From assembly GCA_964647905.1 (NCBI GenBank), contig CAZYJR010000006.1, positions 70,935 to 134,934 on the forward strand: a stretch of 64,000 nt of DNA, given 5' to 3'. Under the pieces are notes generated by a model that saw only the letters and a list, made by a program, of their open reading frames with translations, was not told the origin of the DNA and made no database searches. Below, piece by piece: positions 20,601 through 30,471 of the stretch. The position numbers and the translations under genes are program-made. Source of the DNA: an uncultured Desulfobacterales bacterium. Its GTDB lineage: Bacteria > Desulfobacterota > DSM-4660 > Desulfatiglandales > HGW-15. Positions within the stretch are counted from its first letter, which is position 1. Each line of letters begins with the position of its first letter.

Positions 20601-21824
20601 GACGTCACGGATCCCAGGAATCCCGAGCTCCTCTGGGAGAGGACCTACCAGGACCTGGGCATGACCATGTCCATCCCGGCGGTGATCAAGGTGGGCGACG
20701 AGTGGTTCGCGGTATTCGGGTCCGGGCCCGAGACCTACCAGGGGACCACCACCAACAAGGGGCACGTCTACGTGGTGGATCTCGCCACCGGCGAGGCCTA
20801 CCCGAATCTCACTGAGTTCGGATCCGGGGTGACCGATGCGTGGCTCTACGAGACCTCTGAGTCGGACGCCTTCATGAACTCCCCGGTCTCCCTGGACAAG
20901 GAGCTCAACTACAACGTGGACGCGGTCTACTTCGGGGAGGCGTATCAGTCAAGCCCATGGAGCGGAAAGGTATACAAGATCTCCATCCCCTGGGACTGGT
21001 CCGACACCTCCACCTACTCGGACGACCCCAACGACACCACCAGCCCCTGGACCTTCTCCGACCTTTTCAGCTCTCCCGGGCCGATCACCGCACCCATGTC
21101 ACTCAGCATCGACTACTTCGACAATGTCTGGGTGTACTTCGGCACGGGGCGCTACCTATCAGAAGAGGACAAGAGCGATACAGACGCCCAGTACCTCTTC
21201 GGACTGGTGGACCCGTTCTTCAACGCCTACTACGACCAGGAGCCCACCGACTACTACCACAACTACGACAAGTCAAAGACCCTGGACTTCAGCACGGACC
21301 TGTTCAACGCGGACTCCTACCTGGTGACCACGGCCGGGAAGGTGTACGATTCCAGCTACAACTACTTCGGCACCTGGGACGACCTGGTGGACGAGGCCAG
21401 GACCAAGGACGGGTGGCGGAGGACCCTTAGCCTGAGCGGGGAGCGCTCCCTGGAGAAGTTCACCGTGCTGGGAGGAATAGCCTTCGCCCCCACCTTCATA
21501 CCCAGCGGCGACATCTGCGGTTTCGGCGGGGAAAGCTATCTCTACGGCCTCTACTACGAGACCGGGACCCCTTACTACAAATCCGTTTTCGAGGACGACA
21601 CCGAGATACTGGTGGTGGAGGAAGAGGGAGAGGAGGTGGAGTACGAGCGGCTCCTGGGCCGCGTCATCCTGGGATCGGGCAAGTCCTCCTCACTGGGGGT
21701 GCACGTGGGGCGCGAGGAGGGGGCCAAGGCCTTCATTCAGCAGAGCACGGGTACGGTGGTCGAGGAGATGATCACCCCGGCGTTCAAGATAAAGAGCGGC
21801 CTGGTCAACTGGCGTGAAAAATAG
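17610..21824 (+). CDS. pilY1: PilY1-like pilus tip adhesin with N-terminal vWA-like domain and C-terminal beta-propeller
   Basis: 1404 aa. Signal peptide present. MIDAS-like ILILLDNSGSM. PilY1/PilC hallmarks KLGDIVHSTPV and VYVGANDGMLHAF. ATG 17610 is preceded by GGGAGG. Confidence 0.85.
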   Translation: MELLKRLAMVILIAGGLVQALEGAAAGACTEPVMADYTTYPVFQANAVEPNILILLDNSGSMNGAAYTEAYDHSTRYYGYFEPYKRYTYSSNVFYRDENGDWDGNFLNWATMRRVDVIRKVLMGGLATSRTGGGNQTNYGESAGSSYSYYQYYGQLTDTAQVPASVSPCPAGKYFYFYLSGGNFRFRYWDGSSWRDVGEASYYIRVKKGEDIDGNDLPDEDHNFLDGNLAGIMQRLWERARFGLEVFNTGSDDKKFQNGGLIPRVIGSSMTDMINNIQNMACDTWTPLAEAYYTAIKYFKQEDVESELDYANNVIPNNTAAEDPYNNPDPVHCAKSFVLLLTDGASTKDLYIPDELKDYDGDGNDGITTVDSGTTNDGRLEAQAGSDTDKTFYLNYIEGYAAGVTPYPSGTTPFNDEYIGKRLVLFDSQDNQIYSAEITAVNYYDSTSGTSEMVVSGTTETPEWRSGASPYTYDFQWKVVQTAPNSEGGITAGSDYLDDLALYARINDLRDDLYGDQNLLLYDVYAFGSDASARNLLKDAAKNGGFEDKDGDRRPDLDVEWDADGDGVPDTYYEASDGYQLESQLLRAINDILKRAASGTAVSVLATSGEGEGNLVQAYFRPSVTSGVTEVTWVGYLQSLWADQYGNLREDTDGDLALDVTADRIIKYFHDSQDGDSKIRRFEVSGASPYPDTDTAPYEVIELEEAEPLWEAGSLLADRSADDREIFTYADMDRDGVVDDPGGDPFDDLGEAVRFHASGATEVLKPYFGIRDDDSWDYLGATQDDRVHNLIEYVRGKESGFSGTTPMAVRSRVLDGKVWKLGDIVHSTPVSISKPPENYHAIYSDQSYQDYYDAYKDRETVVYVGANDGMLHAFTSWQYSGVSKQYETPSGAGAGERIGDEIWAYIPQRVLPHLKWLPYTDYTHTYYVDLKPKVFDAKIFPDDTHYTDGDADPNWGTILLLGLNMGGKEICSEDWFDDGTGTTVYETRTFRPSYAALDVTDPRNPELLWERTYQDLGMTMSIPAVIKVGDEWFAVFGSGPETYQGTTTNKGHVYVVDLATGEAYPNLTEFGSGVTDAWLYETSESDAFMNSPVSLDKELNYNVDAVYFGEAYQSSPWSGKVYKISIPWDWSDTSTYSDDPNDTTSPWTFSDLFSSPGPITAPMSLSIDYFDNVWVYFGTGRYLSEEDKSDTDAQYLFGLVDPFFNAYYDQEPTDYYHNYDKSKTLDFSTDLFNADSYLVTTAGKVYDSSYNYFGTWDDLVDEARTKDGWRRTLSLSGERSLEKFTVLGGIAFAPTFIPSGDICGFGGESYLYGLYYETGTPYYKSVFEDDTEILVVEEEGEEVEYERLLGRVILGSGKSSSLGVHVGREEGAKAFIQQSTGTVVEEMITPAFKIKSGLVNWREK

Positions 21825-21839
21825 ACGGGGACGGGAACC

Positions 21840-22211
21840 ATGAGCTCGAACAAAGGCGAATCAAGAGGCGGCGTTGCGAGCCGGACCCTCCGGGCGGCGG
21901 CCGTATGCATCATAGTCCTTATACTGGGTCCGGCGGCGGCCCCGGCATTCCCGCCGCCCGCCCCGGATCCGGAGAAGGCCCAGGTGACCGCCGGGGTGAC
22001 CATCAGCGAAGTGGCCCATGAGTACAATCTCATATACGTCTCCGAGAGGCCCTTCAGGGTCCTGGCCGACACCCCGATCCTGGACCGGGAGGGCGGCCGG
22101 CTCTCCCTGGAAGCCTTGAGGCCCCCGCTTTCGGCCACGATCACCTTTCGGCTTCAGGGCCGGAACAGGCACCCCGTGGTAATCCGAATCGTGGTCGCGG
22201 GCGGGAAATGA
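21840..22211 (+). CDS. small secreted or membrane-anchored hypothetical protein
   Basis: 123 aa. Hydrophobic N-terminal segment AAAVCIIVLILGPAAA. Lies 15 nt after pilY1 and overlaps the next gene by 4 nt. No recognisable motif. Confidence 0.45.
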   Translation: MSSNKGESRGGVASRTLRAAAVCIIVLILGPAAAPAFPPPAPDPEKAQVTAGVTISEVAHEYNLIYVSERPFRVLADTPILDREGGRLSLEALRPPLSATITFRLQGRNRHPVVIRIVVAGGK

Positions 22212-22618
22212 TATCATCCGAGCCGTCGGTCATGCTGGTGGACTCGGACCCCTCCGCCATGGCCTACCTGGGGAGCGAGATCCGAAGCCGTCTGGGCTAC
22301 AAGATCATCACCGCGGGCGGCTGCCGGGAGGCCGTCCGCCTGGCCGGAGAAAACCAGGTCAGGATAGCCGTGGTCGACCTGGATCTCAGGGACGGCAAGG
22401 GATATCTCCTGGTGCCCCGCCTCAAGGCGATCCGCCGGGGCCTCCACGCCATCGTCACTTCCTCGGACTACTCGGAGGAGGCCGAACGCCGCTCCAGGGA
22501 ATGCGGTCTGGTCCTCTACATGACAAAGCCGCCGGATCCTGATATCCTTGAGGCGGCATTGAGAACAGCGTGGCGGAAGGCCCCGGCGGGAGCTCGGAGC
22601 ATGCCGGCGGCCGGGTGA
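22208..22618 (+). CDS. receiver-domain protein (single-domain response regulator)
   Basis: VMLVDSD, VVDLDLRDG, IVTSS and YMTKP are spaced as in CheY-like receivers. Confidence 0.6.
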   Translation: MISSEPSVMLVDSDPSAMAYLGSEIRSRLGYKIITAGGCREAVRLAGENQVRIAVVDLDLRDGKGYLLVPRLKAIRRGLHAIVTSSDYSEEAERRSRECGLVLYMTKPPDPDILEAALRTAWRKAPAGARSMPAAG

Positions 22619-22644
22619 AAGGGAATCCCTGGAGGACGAATCCC

Positions 22645-23334
22645 GTGCAGGCCGAACATAAGGAAAAAACGCGGGGCAAGGTGCTCTTCCTTAAAGAGCC
22701 CGCCGGGCGGCCGGGAGCGTCTCTCAAGGTGGACTGCCCGGAGTGCGGGCGGCTCCAGCCGGCCGGGGACCTGCGCGCCGCCGGGGCCCGAGTGGAGTTT
22801 TCGTGCTCCGGCTGCGGCGGGCGGTACACCCTGAACCGCCGGGACGAGAAGAGGGCCGGCCTTCCGGAAGGCAGCCCCTCCTGCCCCAGGTGCCTCCGCA
22901 CCTACAGGGCGGGCAGCGAGTCCTGCCCCGGGTGCGGCTTGATCTTCGACCTATGGGAAAACGGGACCGCCCGCAGGCCCGAGACCAAGGAGACTCCGCC
23001 GCCCGACGCCGCCGCTGAGGAACTCTGGTGCGGGGTGGAGGCCTCCCCGGAAGAGGCGGACCGCCACGAGGCGTTTCTGGCCTACTGCAGGGAGCGCAGG
23101 TGCCTGGATTTCGCCGCCGCCAAGTACCAGGCCATGGTCGCGGCCGATCCCGGGAACGAGCTGATAGGCGGATACAGGGACCGGTTGGTGCTGCTGGCCG
23201 GCCTGACTCCCCCCGAGCGGGATCGCGGAACCCGCGGCATAAAGCGCTTTACCGGCCTCAAGATAGTACTGGCCCTGTCCATGGCCGCGATACTCTGGGC
23301 CTTCGTGATGATCCAATGGCTGGGCCCGAAGTGA
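22645..23334 (+). CDS. double zinc-ribbon protein with a C-terminal transmembrane helix
   Basis: CPECG..CSGCG and CPRC..CPGCG Cys pairs. C-terminal IVLALSMAAILWAFVMI. Start placed at GTG 22645 (GGAGGA 8 nt upstream); the track start 22570 overlaps the previous gene. Confidence 0.45.
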   Translation: MQAEHKEKTRGKVLFLKEPAGRPGASLKVDCPECGRLQPAGDLRAAGARVEFSCSGCGGRYTLNRRDEKRAGLPEGSPSCPRCLRTYRAGSESCPGCGLIFDLWENGTARRPETKETPPPDAAAEELWCGVEASPEEADRHEAFLAYCRERRCLDFAAAKYQAMVAADPGNELIGGYRDRLVLLAGLTPPERDRGTRGIKRFTGLKIVLALSMAAILWAFVMIQWLGPK

Positions 23335-23359
23335 CAACGAGCGGCCCTGCGGGCGGATA

Positions 23360-25108
23360 ATGCGGATCTCGAGGATAGAGACCTCCTTTTTAAAGAGTCG
23401 GGTGGCTCGAAGGGTCTTCGGCCTGTTCGTCATCTGCGCCCTGCTGCCCCTCCTGGCCCTGGCCGGTTTCACGTTCTTCTTTGTCAGCGGGGAGCTGGAG
23501 GAGCAGACAGCGGCCAGGCTGGTGAGGACCTGCAAGGCCAAGGGCCTGGAGATCTACGAGCACCTCCTTTTTCTGGAAACCGAGATGCTCATGACAGCGG
23601 AGGCCCTGAGGGAGGGTACCGCCCGGCGGATCGACCCGGTGCCCTATGCATCGGACAAGGGCTCGGGAGGGAGATTCAGGCGCATCTATCTGGCCGCCGG
23701 AGACGGGGCCGTAACCCCTTTGTTCGGGGAGGCGGGCCGGCCCCCGGAGCCCGGGCCCGGGGAGCGCCGGCACATGGAGCGCGGAGGGACACTGGTCACC
23801 GCCGGGCACCGCTCCGGACCGCCCTCGGTCCGCATGATGCGACTCCTCCGCCCCGGGGACCGCTCATCGCCGATCCTGACCGCCGAGGTCAACCCCCTCT
23901 ACCTTTGGGGGATAGGCACCGAGGGATCCCTCCCGCCGAACGTGGAGATAATGGTCAGCGACGCCGGGGGGAGGATCCTGCTCTCGTCCCTTCCCTCGGT
24001 GAGGTCGGGAGGCCGCCTCCCGGCCGGGGCGGCCGAACAGCCACCCCGGAGGAGCTTCGCCTTCGGCTCGGAGGGCAAGGATTACATAGCCGCCTCCTGG
24101 GAGCTCTTCATGGAGCCCCGGTTCTTCGCCAAGAGCTGGACCATTGTACTGGCCGAATCAGAGGGCTCCTTTCTCCGGCCGGTAAAAGGCTTCAAGGCGT
24201 TCTTCTTCCCGGTGGTGCTGCTCACCTTCTGGGTGGTGCTTCTCTTGAGCGTGGTCCTGATACGAAAGAGCATGGTCCCCATAGAGAGCCTGCGGAGCGC
24301 CACCGAACGAATAGCGGCGGGCGAACTGGACGCCCGGGTGGATATACGAAGCCGGGACGAGTTCGAGGCCCTGGGGCGATCCTTCAATGAAATGGGCCGC
24401 AGGCTCGAGGAGGGAAGGCTCCTCTTGGCCCGGAGCGCCAAGATGAGCGCTTTCGGCCAGATGGCAGCGGGCGTGGTCCACGAGATAGGCCAGCCCCTGA
24501 CCTCGCTCCAGGGGCTGGTCGAGCTCACCCTGGACGGTCCCACGGACCCCGAGCAGCGCAAGTACCTGGAGACCGTGCAGCAGGAGCTCGAAAGGCTTAG
24601 AGGGATCGTGATCAAGTTCAAGGCCTTCTCCCGCGCACCGGACGGGGCGCGGGAAGAGGTGTCCCTGAACGACCTGGTGCTGGAGGCGCAAAGGCTGGTG
24701 GAGCATCAGCTCGAGATGAAGGGTATATCATGCACGGTGGAGACCGAGGAGGCCATGCCCCCGGTGCGGGGGGACGCGAACAGCCTCCAGCAGGTCCTGG
24801 TCAACCTCCTTATCAACGCCATGGACGCGCTGGAGGAATCGGGCAAGCATGGTCGCGCCATAGAGATCCGGACCTTCACTCAATCGGGAAGGGCGTGCGT
24901 CAGCGTCCGGGACAACGGCCCCGGCGTTCCGGATGAGATCAGGGACAGGATATTCGACCCCTTCTTCACCACCAAGGAGGGGGGCAAGGGCACCGGGCTC
25001 GGCCTGGCCATAGTGGAGTCCATTGTGCACCAGCACGGCGGCGCCGTCCGGGTGGAGACCGATCCGGCCCCGGGTATGACCTTCACCGTCCTCCTGCCGC
25101 CCGCCTAG
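23360..25108 (+). CDS. membrane sensor histidine kinase (2 TM, periplasmic domain, HAMP, HisKA, HATPase_c)
   Basis: 582 aa. TM1 VFGLFVICALLPLLALAGFTFF and TM2 FFFPVVLLTFWVVLLLSVVLI. HAMP region, H-box VVHEIGQPL, N-box NLLINAMDAL, G-boxes RDNGPGVP and GTGLGL. Confidence 0.85.
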   Translation: MRISRIETSFLKSRVARRVFGLFVICALLPLLALAGFTFFFVSGELEEQTAARLVRTCKAKGLEIYEHLLFLETEMLMTAEALREGTARRIDPVPYASDKGSGGRFRRIYLAAGDGAVTPLFGEAGRPPEPGPGERRHMERGGTLVTAGHRSGPPSVRMMRLLRPGDRSSPILTAEVNPLYLWGIGTEGSLPPNVEIMVSDAGGRILLSSLPSVRSGGRLPAGAAEQPPRRSFAFGSEGKDYIAASWELFMEPRFFAKSWTIVLAESEGSFLRPVKGFKAFFFPVVLLTFWVVLLLSVVLIRKSMVPIESLRSATERIAAGELDARVDIRSRDEFEALGRSFNEMGRRLEEGRLLLARSAKMSAFGQMAAGVVHEIGQPLTSLQGLVELTLDGPTDPEQRKYLETVQQELERLRGIVIKFKAFSRAPDGAREEVSLNDLVLEAQRLVEHQLEMKGISCTVETEEAMPPVRGDANSLQQVLVNLLINAMDALEESGKHGRAIEIRTFTQSGRACVSVRDNGPGVPDEIRDRIFDPFFTTKEGGKGTGLGLAIVESIVHQHGGAVRVETDPAPGMTFTVLLPPA

Positions 25109-26181
25109 AGCAGGGACTCCCTGCCCTCCCTTTCCAGGGCCCGGACGATCCGGCGGATGTCCTGCCCCCTTTTGCGATCCGCCACCAAGACCGCGTCAGG
25201 GGAATCCACCACCAGACAGTCCTTCATCCCGAGGCAGGCCACCAGCCTCCCGCCCCCGGAAGAGGCTAAGACCCCGGAGCACTCCTCGAGGAGCGCGTCC
25301 CCGCGCACCAGGTTTCCGTCCGGGTCGTGCTCCGGCCCCAGGAGCTCGTACAGGGACTCCCATGAGCCCACGTCGCTCCACCCGCACTCGCAGGAGACCA
25401 CGAAGACCTCGGCCTCGGTCTTCTCCATAACGCCGTAGTCGAAGGAGACCGAAGGGAGCTCCGGGTAGACCGCCTCCATCTCCCGCCGGAACCCCGGGCC
25501 GCCCATGGCCGGCTCCAGCCGCTCCAGGCCGCCCGCCAAATCCGGCAGGCAGCGCCTGATCTCCTCCTTTATGGTATCGGGCGTGGCTACGAAGATCCCG
25601 GCGTTCCAGTAGTAGAGACCGCTCTTTATATAGCCCAGGGCGGTCTCCGGGTCAGGCTTCTCCACAAAGGCCGAGACCCGGTACGCGGCCGGCCCTCCGT
25701 CCCCGGCGAGCGGATCCCCCCGGCGGATGTAGCCGTACCCGGTCTCCGGCCGGGTGGGTACGATCCCCAGGGTGGCTATGCCCCCCCCGCGGGCCATGTC
25801 CGCCGCCCGGGCCAGCGCCTCCAGAAAGGCGCCGGGGTCCGCGATGAAGTGGTCCGCGGGCATGAACGCCACAGGCCCCGTGCAGCCCAGGCTGGCTGCG
25901 TAGACTGCCCCCAGCCCGATGCACGGTGCGGTGTTCCTGCCCACGGGCTCCCCGAGCATGTGAACCGAGCGCCCCCGGAAAAGAGACCCTGCCTCGTCCA
26001 GGTGCTCCGCGCCCAGGACCAGTATCTGCTCCTCGTCCGTGCAAAGCGGCCCCAGGCGGTTGGACGTCTCCACCACCATGGGCTCTCCCCCGGTCACGGG
26101 AAGGAACTGCTTGGGCCGGCGCCTGCGGCTTGCGGGCCAGAACCGGGTTCCCGAGCCCCCGGCCATGATTACGGCGTACAT
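25105..26181 (-). CDS. manC: mannose-1-phosphate guanylyltransferase
   Basis: MYAVIMAGGSGTRFWPASRRRRPKQFL is the canonical nucleotidyltransferase N-terminus of ManC/CpsB-type enzymes. Confidence 0.85.
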   Translation of the reverse strand: MYAVIMAGGSGTRFWPASRRRRPKQFLPVTGGEPMVVETSNRLGPLCTDEEQILVLGAEHLDEAGSLFRGRSVHMLGEPVGRNTAPCIGLGAVYAASLGCTGPVAFMPADHFIADPGAFLEALARAADMARGGGIATLGIVPTRPETGYGYIRRGDPLAGDGGPAAYRVSAFVEKPDPETALGYIKSGLYYWNAGIFVATPDTIKEEIRRCLPDLAGGLERLEPAMGGPGFRREMEAVYPELPSVSFDYGVMEKTEAEVFVVSCECGWSDVGSWESLYELLGPEHDPDGNLVRGDALLEECSGVLASSGGGRLVACLGMKDCLVVDSPDAVLVADRKRGQDIRRIVRALEREGRESLL

Positions 26182-26224
26182 TTGTCCCGTCCTCCTCGTT
26201 TTCCCCCGGGATCGGCCTCCCGGG

Positions 26225-27415
26225 TCAGGTCCTGTAACCGGCGTTTATGCGGACATAGTCCTCTGTGAGATCGCAGGTAAAGACCTCTTCCTCGGCCTCT
26301 CCCAGGTGAAGATCGACGGTCAGGGTGAATCGGTCGTTCCGCATGCGGGAAGCGGCCCTCCTTTCCGCCTCCTCGCCCTTGCCCGTTCCCGCCTCCACTA
26401 TCATTACATCGTCCACGCTGATGCTGACCAGGTCCTCGGCCATGTCCGCCCCCGAGCGCCCCACGGCCGCCATGATGCGGCCCCAGTTGGGATCCTGGCC
26501 GTAGCACGCGGTCTTTACCAGGGCCGAGTTGGCCACGGCCCGGGCCGCCTTCAGGGCGTCCTCCCGCCCGAGGGCCCCCCTGACCCTGACGCATACCACC
26601 TTGGTGGCCCCCTCGCCGTCCCGGACCATCATCAGGGCCAGGGACTCCATGACCGAGCGGAGCCCCTCCCGGAACTCCTCGAGCTCCGGGGGCGAGAGGG
26701 GGCGGTTTCCGGCTAGGCCGTTCGCCAGTACCATCACCGTGTCGTTGGTGCTGGTATCGCCGTCGACCGTTATGCGGTTGAAGGTCAGGTCCGCGGCCCG
26801 GTAAAGGGCCTTCTCGAGCTCGACCCGGGGCAGGGCGATGTCGGTGAGGACAAAGCAAAGCATGGTGGCCATGTCCGGCATGATCATGCCCGCGCCCTTA
26901 GCCGTCCCCGCTATCCTGTAGTCCGCCCCACCTCCGTTGGCTTCGAAACGGCTGAGCTTGGCAAAGCGGTCCGTTGTCATGACGGCCTCGGCGAAACACG
27001 GGAGGCCGCGATCCGAGAGGCCCCGGACCAGCTCGGGCACGGCGGTCTCAATCCTACCCACATCCAGGGGAAGGCCTATCACCCCGGTCGAGGCCACCAG
27101 CACCTCCTCAGGGGCCGCCCCCAGGGCTCCTGCGATCGCCGCGGCCGACCGCCGGGCATCGGCCAGGCCCCGGGGTCCGGTGCAGGCGTTGGCATTGCCC
27201 GCATTGGCCAGAATCGCCCGGGCCCGGCCCGAGGTTATGTGCTCCTGGGAGACCAGGATCGGCGCGGCCTTCACCTTGTTGGTGGTGAAGACCCCGGCAG
27301 CGGCCGCAGGGACCTCGGAATGAATAAGCCCCAAGTCCAGCCCGCCGTGCTTCTTGAGCCCCGCTTCAACGGCCCAGGACCGGAATCCCCTGACCCGGTA
27401 ATCGGCATCCTCCAT
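26225..27415 (-). CDS. argJ: bifunctional glutamate N-acetyltransferase / amino-acid acetyltransferase ArgJ
   Basis: Start set at ATG 27415 (MEDADYRVRGFRS..). Autoprocessing site PDMATMLCFVLTD and C-terminal YVRINAGYRT are present. Confidence 0.9.
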   Translation of the reverse strand: MEDADYRVRGFRSWAVEAGLKKHGGLDLGLIHSEVPAAAAGVFTTNKVKAAPILVSQEHITSGRARAILANAGNANACTGPRGLADARRSAAAIAGALGAAPEEVLVASTGVIGLPLDVGRIETAVPELVRGLSDRGLPCFAEAVMTTDRFAKLSRFEANGGGADYRIAGTAKGAGMIMPDMATMLCFVLTDIALPRVELEKALYRAADLTFNRITVDGDTSTNDTVMVLANGLAGNRPLSPPELEEFREGLRSVMESLALMMVRDGEGATKVVCVRVRGALGREDALKAARAVANSALVKTACYGQDPNWGRIMAAVGRSGADMAEDLVSISVDDVMIVEAGTGKGEEAERRAASRMRNDRFTLTVDLHLGEAEEEVFTCDLTEDYVRINAGYRT

Positions 27416-27447
27416 AGCCGCCCCTTGTCTCTGCCCTGCCGGCGGAT

Positions 27448-30312
27448 CTAAGCGCCGGCCCCGCAGCATTTCTTGTATTTCTTGCCGCTCCCGCAGGGGC
27501 ACGGCGCGTTCCTGCCCACCTTCTTAGCCCGGCGGCGTACGGTCTCCCCGCCCTGGTCCCCGTCTCCCCCGCGGCTCAACTGCATGGACCTTTGCATGGG
27601 CCTGGAGACCTCCTCGGGCTTCTGCTTCAGGACCCTTATCCGGCTCAGGGTGGAGAGCGCCTCTTCGCGGATCCTGTCCATCAGCTCCTCGAAAAGGGCG
27701 TAACCCTCCTTCTTGTACTCCCTCAAGGGGTCGAGTTGGCCGTAGCCCCTGAGCCCTATCCCCTCCTTCATGTGCTCCATGTCCTGGAGATGGGTCACCC
27801 ACTGCTTGTCTATTATCTGGAGCAATATGATCCGCTCTATCCGGGCGAGGTCCTCCTCCCCGAACTCGTCCTTCCTCTCCTCGTAGGCCTGCCCGGCGCC
27901 CTCCCCGAGTATCCGTATCAGCTCATCCTGGTCGAGGTCGTTGAACTCATCCTCCCCCAGGTCCTCCGGGCCTATCCTGGGAATGAACCCGAACAGCCTG
28001 GACGCCCCTTCCTTGATCCCCCTTATGTCCCAGTCCTCGGGCACCGACTTGGGATCGGTGAAGCGGTGGACCAGGTCATGGACCTTGGCCTCGATCATGT
28101 CCAGCATTATGGCCTCGAGCCCTTCCCCCAGCAGGACATCCCTCCGCAGGGAGTAGATGATCTCCCTGTGCTTGTTCATGACGTCGTCGTATTCCAGGAG
28201 GTGCTTGCGGATGTCGAAGTTGTGGGCCTCCACCTTCTTCTGGGCGTTCTCGATGGCCTTGGATATCATGCCGGCCTCGATGGGCTGGCCTTCCTCCATG
28301 CCGAAGCGCTCCATGATGGAGGAGATCCGGTCCGAGCCGAAGATCCGCAGGAGGTCGTCCTCCAGCGAGAGATAGAACCGGGAGGACCCCGGGTCCCCCT
28401 GCCTGCCTGCGCGCCCCCGGAGCTGGTTGTCGATGCGGCGGCTCTCGTGGCGCTCGGTCCCTATGATGTGGAGACCGCCGAGATCCACCACCCCCTCTCC
28501 GAGGACGATGTCGGTCCCGCGGCCGGCCATGTTCGTCGAAATGGTCACGGTATGCTTCTGCCCGGCCTGTGCTATTATCTCGGCCTCCCGCTCGTGGTGT
28601 TTGGCATTGAGGACCGAGTGAGGGATGCCCGCGCGCTTTAGGAGCTTGCTCAGCAGCTCGGATTTCTCTATGGAGATGGTTCCCACCAGAGCGGGCTGGC
28701 CCTTCTCGTAAAGGGCCTTGATCTCGCCCACCACCGCATCGAACTTCTCCCTCGTGGTCTTGTAGATCACATCGGGATGGTCCACCCGGATCATGGGCTT
28801 GTTGGTCGGGACCACCATCACCTCGAGGTTGTAGATGTTGCTGAACTCCACCGCCTCGGTGTCCGCGGTCCCGGTCATGCCGGCCAGCTTGTCGTACATT
28901 CGGAAGAAGTTCTGGAACGTGATGGTGGCCAGGGTCTGGTTCTCGCCGGCCACACTCACTCCCTCCTTGGCTTCCACGGCCTGGTGCAGGCCGTCGCTCC
29001 ATCTCCGGCCCGGCATCATGCGGCCGGTGAACTCGTCCACTATCACGATCTGGTCGTCCTTGATCACGTAGTGAACGTCCTTTTCAAAGAGCCAGTAGGC
29101 CTTGATAAGCTGCTGGGTGGCATGAAGGAGCTCCGAGGCCCTCATGTAGCGGCCCTCGAGCTCCCTGAGGCGCTCGGCCTTCTCCGAGTCGTCCAGGTCC
29201 TCGCTCTCCCTTATTTCGTGCCCTTCGAGATCGAGGTCCGGGAGCACGAACTCCCCCAGCCCCCCGCCGGAGAGCAGCCGGATGCCCTTCTCGGTCAGAT
29301 CCACCGAGTTGCCGCGCTCGTCGATCACGCAGTAGAGGTCCTGGTCGAGGTCCGGGAGCATCTTCTGGGCGCTCAGCATGCTCTCGGTGCGGTCGATCTG
29401 CTTCTTCAGGGCGGGATTTTGGGCCACCAGGTCCAGAAAGACCGGGTTCTTGGGGTCGCCGCGCTTTACCTGGACCAGCTTCTCTATGGTCCCGTCGCCG
29501 TACTCCCCGCTCTCGAGGCGGGAGCTGATCTCGTCCAGGATGGAGCGGACCACCCCCCCCTGCTTTTTCTTGAGCTCGATCACCAGGGGCTTGACCTCCA
29601 CGAAGGTCTCGTTCCCGCTCTTTTCAACGGCGCCGCTGATGATAAGAGGGGTGCGCGCCTCGTCGATCAGGATGCTGTCCACCTCGTCCACTATGGCGTA
29701 GTTATATCCGCGCTGGACCAGGTCGGAGACGTCGTACTTCATGTTGTCCCGGAGGTAGTCGAACCCGAACTCGTTGTTCGTCCCATAGGTGATGTCGCAG
29801 GCGTATGCCTCTTTTCTCTCCGAGTCGTCCATCCCGTGGACGATCACCCCCACGGAGAGCCCCAGGAAGTTGTAGATCCCCCCCATCCATTCTGCGTCGC
29901 GGCGGGCGAGATAGTCATTGACCGTAACCAGATGACAGCCCTTTCCGGTGAGGGCGTTCAGGTACAAGGGAAGGGTGGCAGCCAAGGTCTTTCCCTCGCC
30001 CGTCTTCATCTCGGCTATCTTGCCTTGATGAAGCACGATGCCGCCCAACAACTGCACATCGAAATGACGCATGCCCAGGGTCCGGACCGAGGCCTCCCTT
30101 ACCGCGGCAAAGGCCTCCGCGAGAATTTCCTCCAGGGTCTCCCCCCGGTCCAGCCGCTCCCTGAACTCGTCCGTCTTGGCCCGCAGGTCCCGGTCGGACA
30201 TCTCCCTGTACTCGGGCTCCAGGGCGTTTATGCGCTCCACCAAGGGCCTCATGCGCTTGAGCTCGCGCTCGTTCTTGCTTCCGAAAATCCCCTTTACGAT
30301 TTTTCCAAACAT
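27448..30312 (-). CDS. secA: preprotein translocase ATPase SecA
   Basis: Start set at ATG 30312 ([20 protein letters not shown]). Walker [13 protein letters not shown]-like [12 protein letters not shown], and C-terminal zinc motif [14 protein letters not shown]. Confidence 0.95.
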   Translation of the reverse strand: MFGKIVKGIFGSKNERELKRMRPLVERINALEPEYREMSDRDLRAKTDEFRERLDRGETLEEILAEAFAAVREASVRTLGMRHFDVQLLGGIVLHQGKIAEMKTGEGKTLAATLPLYLNALTGKGCHLVTVNDYLARRDAEWMGGIYNFLGLSVGVIVHGMDDSERKEAYACDITYGTNNEFGFDYLRDNMKYDVSDLVQRGYNYAIVDEVDSILIDEARTPLIISGAVEKSGNETFVEVKPLVIELKKKQGGVVRSILDEISSRLESGEYGDGTIEKLVQVKRGDPKNPVFLDLVAQNPALKKQIDRTESMLSAQKMLPDLDQDLYCVIDERGNSVDLTEKGIRLLSGGGLGEFVLPDLDLEGHEIRESEDLDDSEKAERLRELEGRYMRASELLHATQQLIKAYWLFEKDVHYVIKDDQIVIVDEFTGRMMPGRRWSDGLHQAVEAKEGVSVAGENQTLATITFQNFFRMYDKLAGMTGTADTEAVEFSNIYNLEVMVVPTNKPMIRVDHPDVIYKTTREKFDAVVGEIKALYEKGQPALVGTISIEKSELLSKLLKRAGIPHSVLNAKHHEREAEIIAQAGQKHTVTISTNMAGRGTDIVLGEGVVDLGGLHIIGTERHESRRIDNQLRGRAGRQGDPGSSRFYLSLEDDLLRIFGSDRISSIMERFGMEEGQPIEAGMISKAIENAQKKVEAHNFDIRKHLLEYDDVMNKHREIIYSLRRDVLLGEGLEAIMLDMIEAKVHDLVHRFTDPKSVPEDWDIRGIKEGASRLFGFIPRIGPEDLGEDEFNDLDQDELIRILGEGAGQAYEERKDEFGEEDLARIERIILLQIIDKQWVTHLQDMEHMKEGIGLRGYGQLDPLREYKKEGYALFEELMDRIREEALSTLSRIRVLKQKPEEVSRPMQRSMQLSRGGDGDQGGETVRRRAKKVGRNAPCPCGSGKKYKKCCGAGA

Positions 30313-30471
30313 GACTCTTCTCTCAACCCAAGGCTCCCCTTGGATCTCGGATTTGGCGTACTGCGAATCCCGTAGCATGGGCTGCCGGCATCGGTCCGGA
30401 AAACGCTCCGGACTCCGGCCCCGCCCATAACATACCAGTATACACAAAAAGTGAAGGGATAAAAATGGAAA

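Noticed and set aside
27592-30375. 349-aa and 532-aa plus-strand ORFs
   Set aside because: They are antisense to secA.
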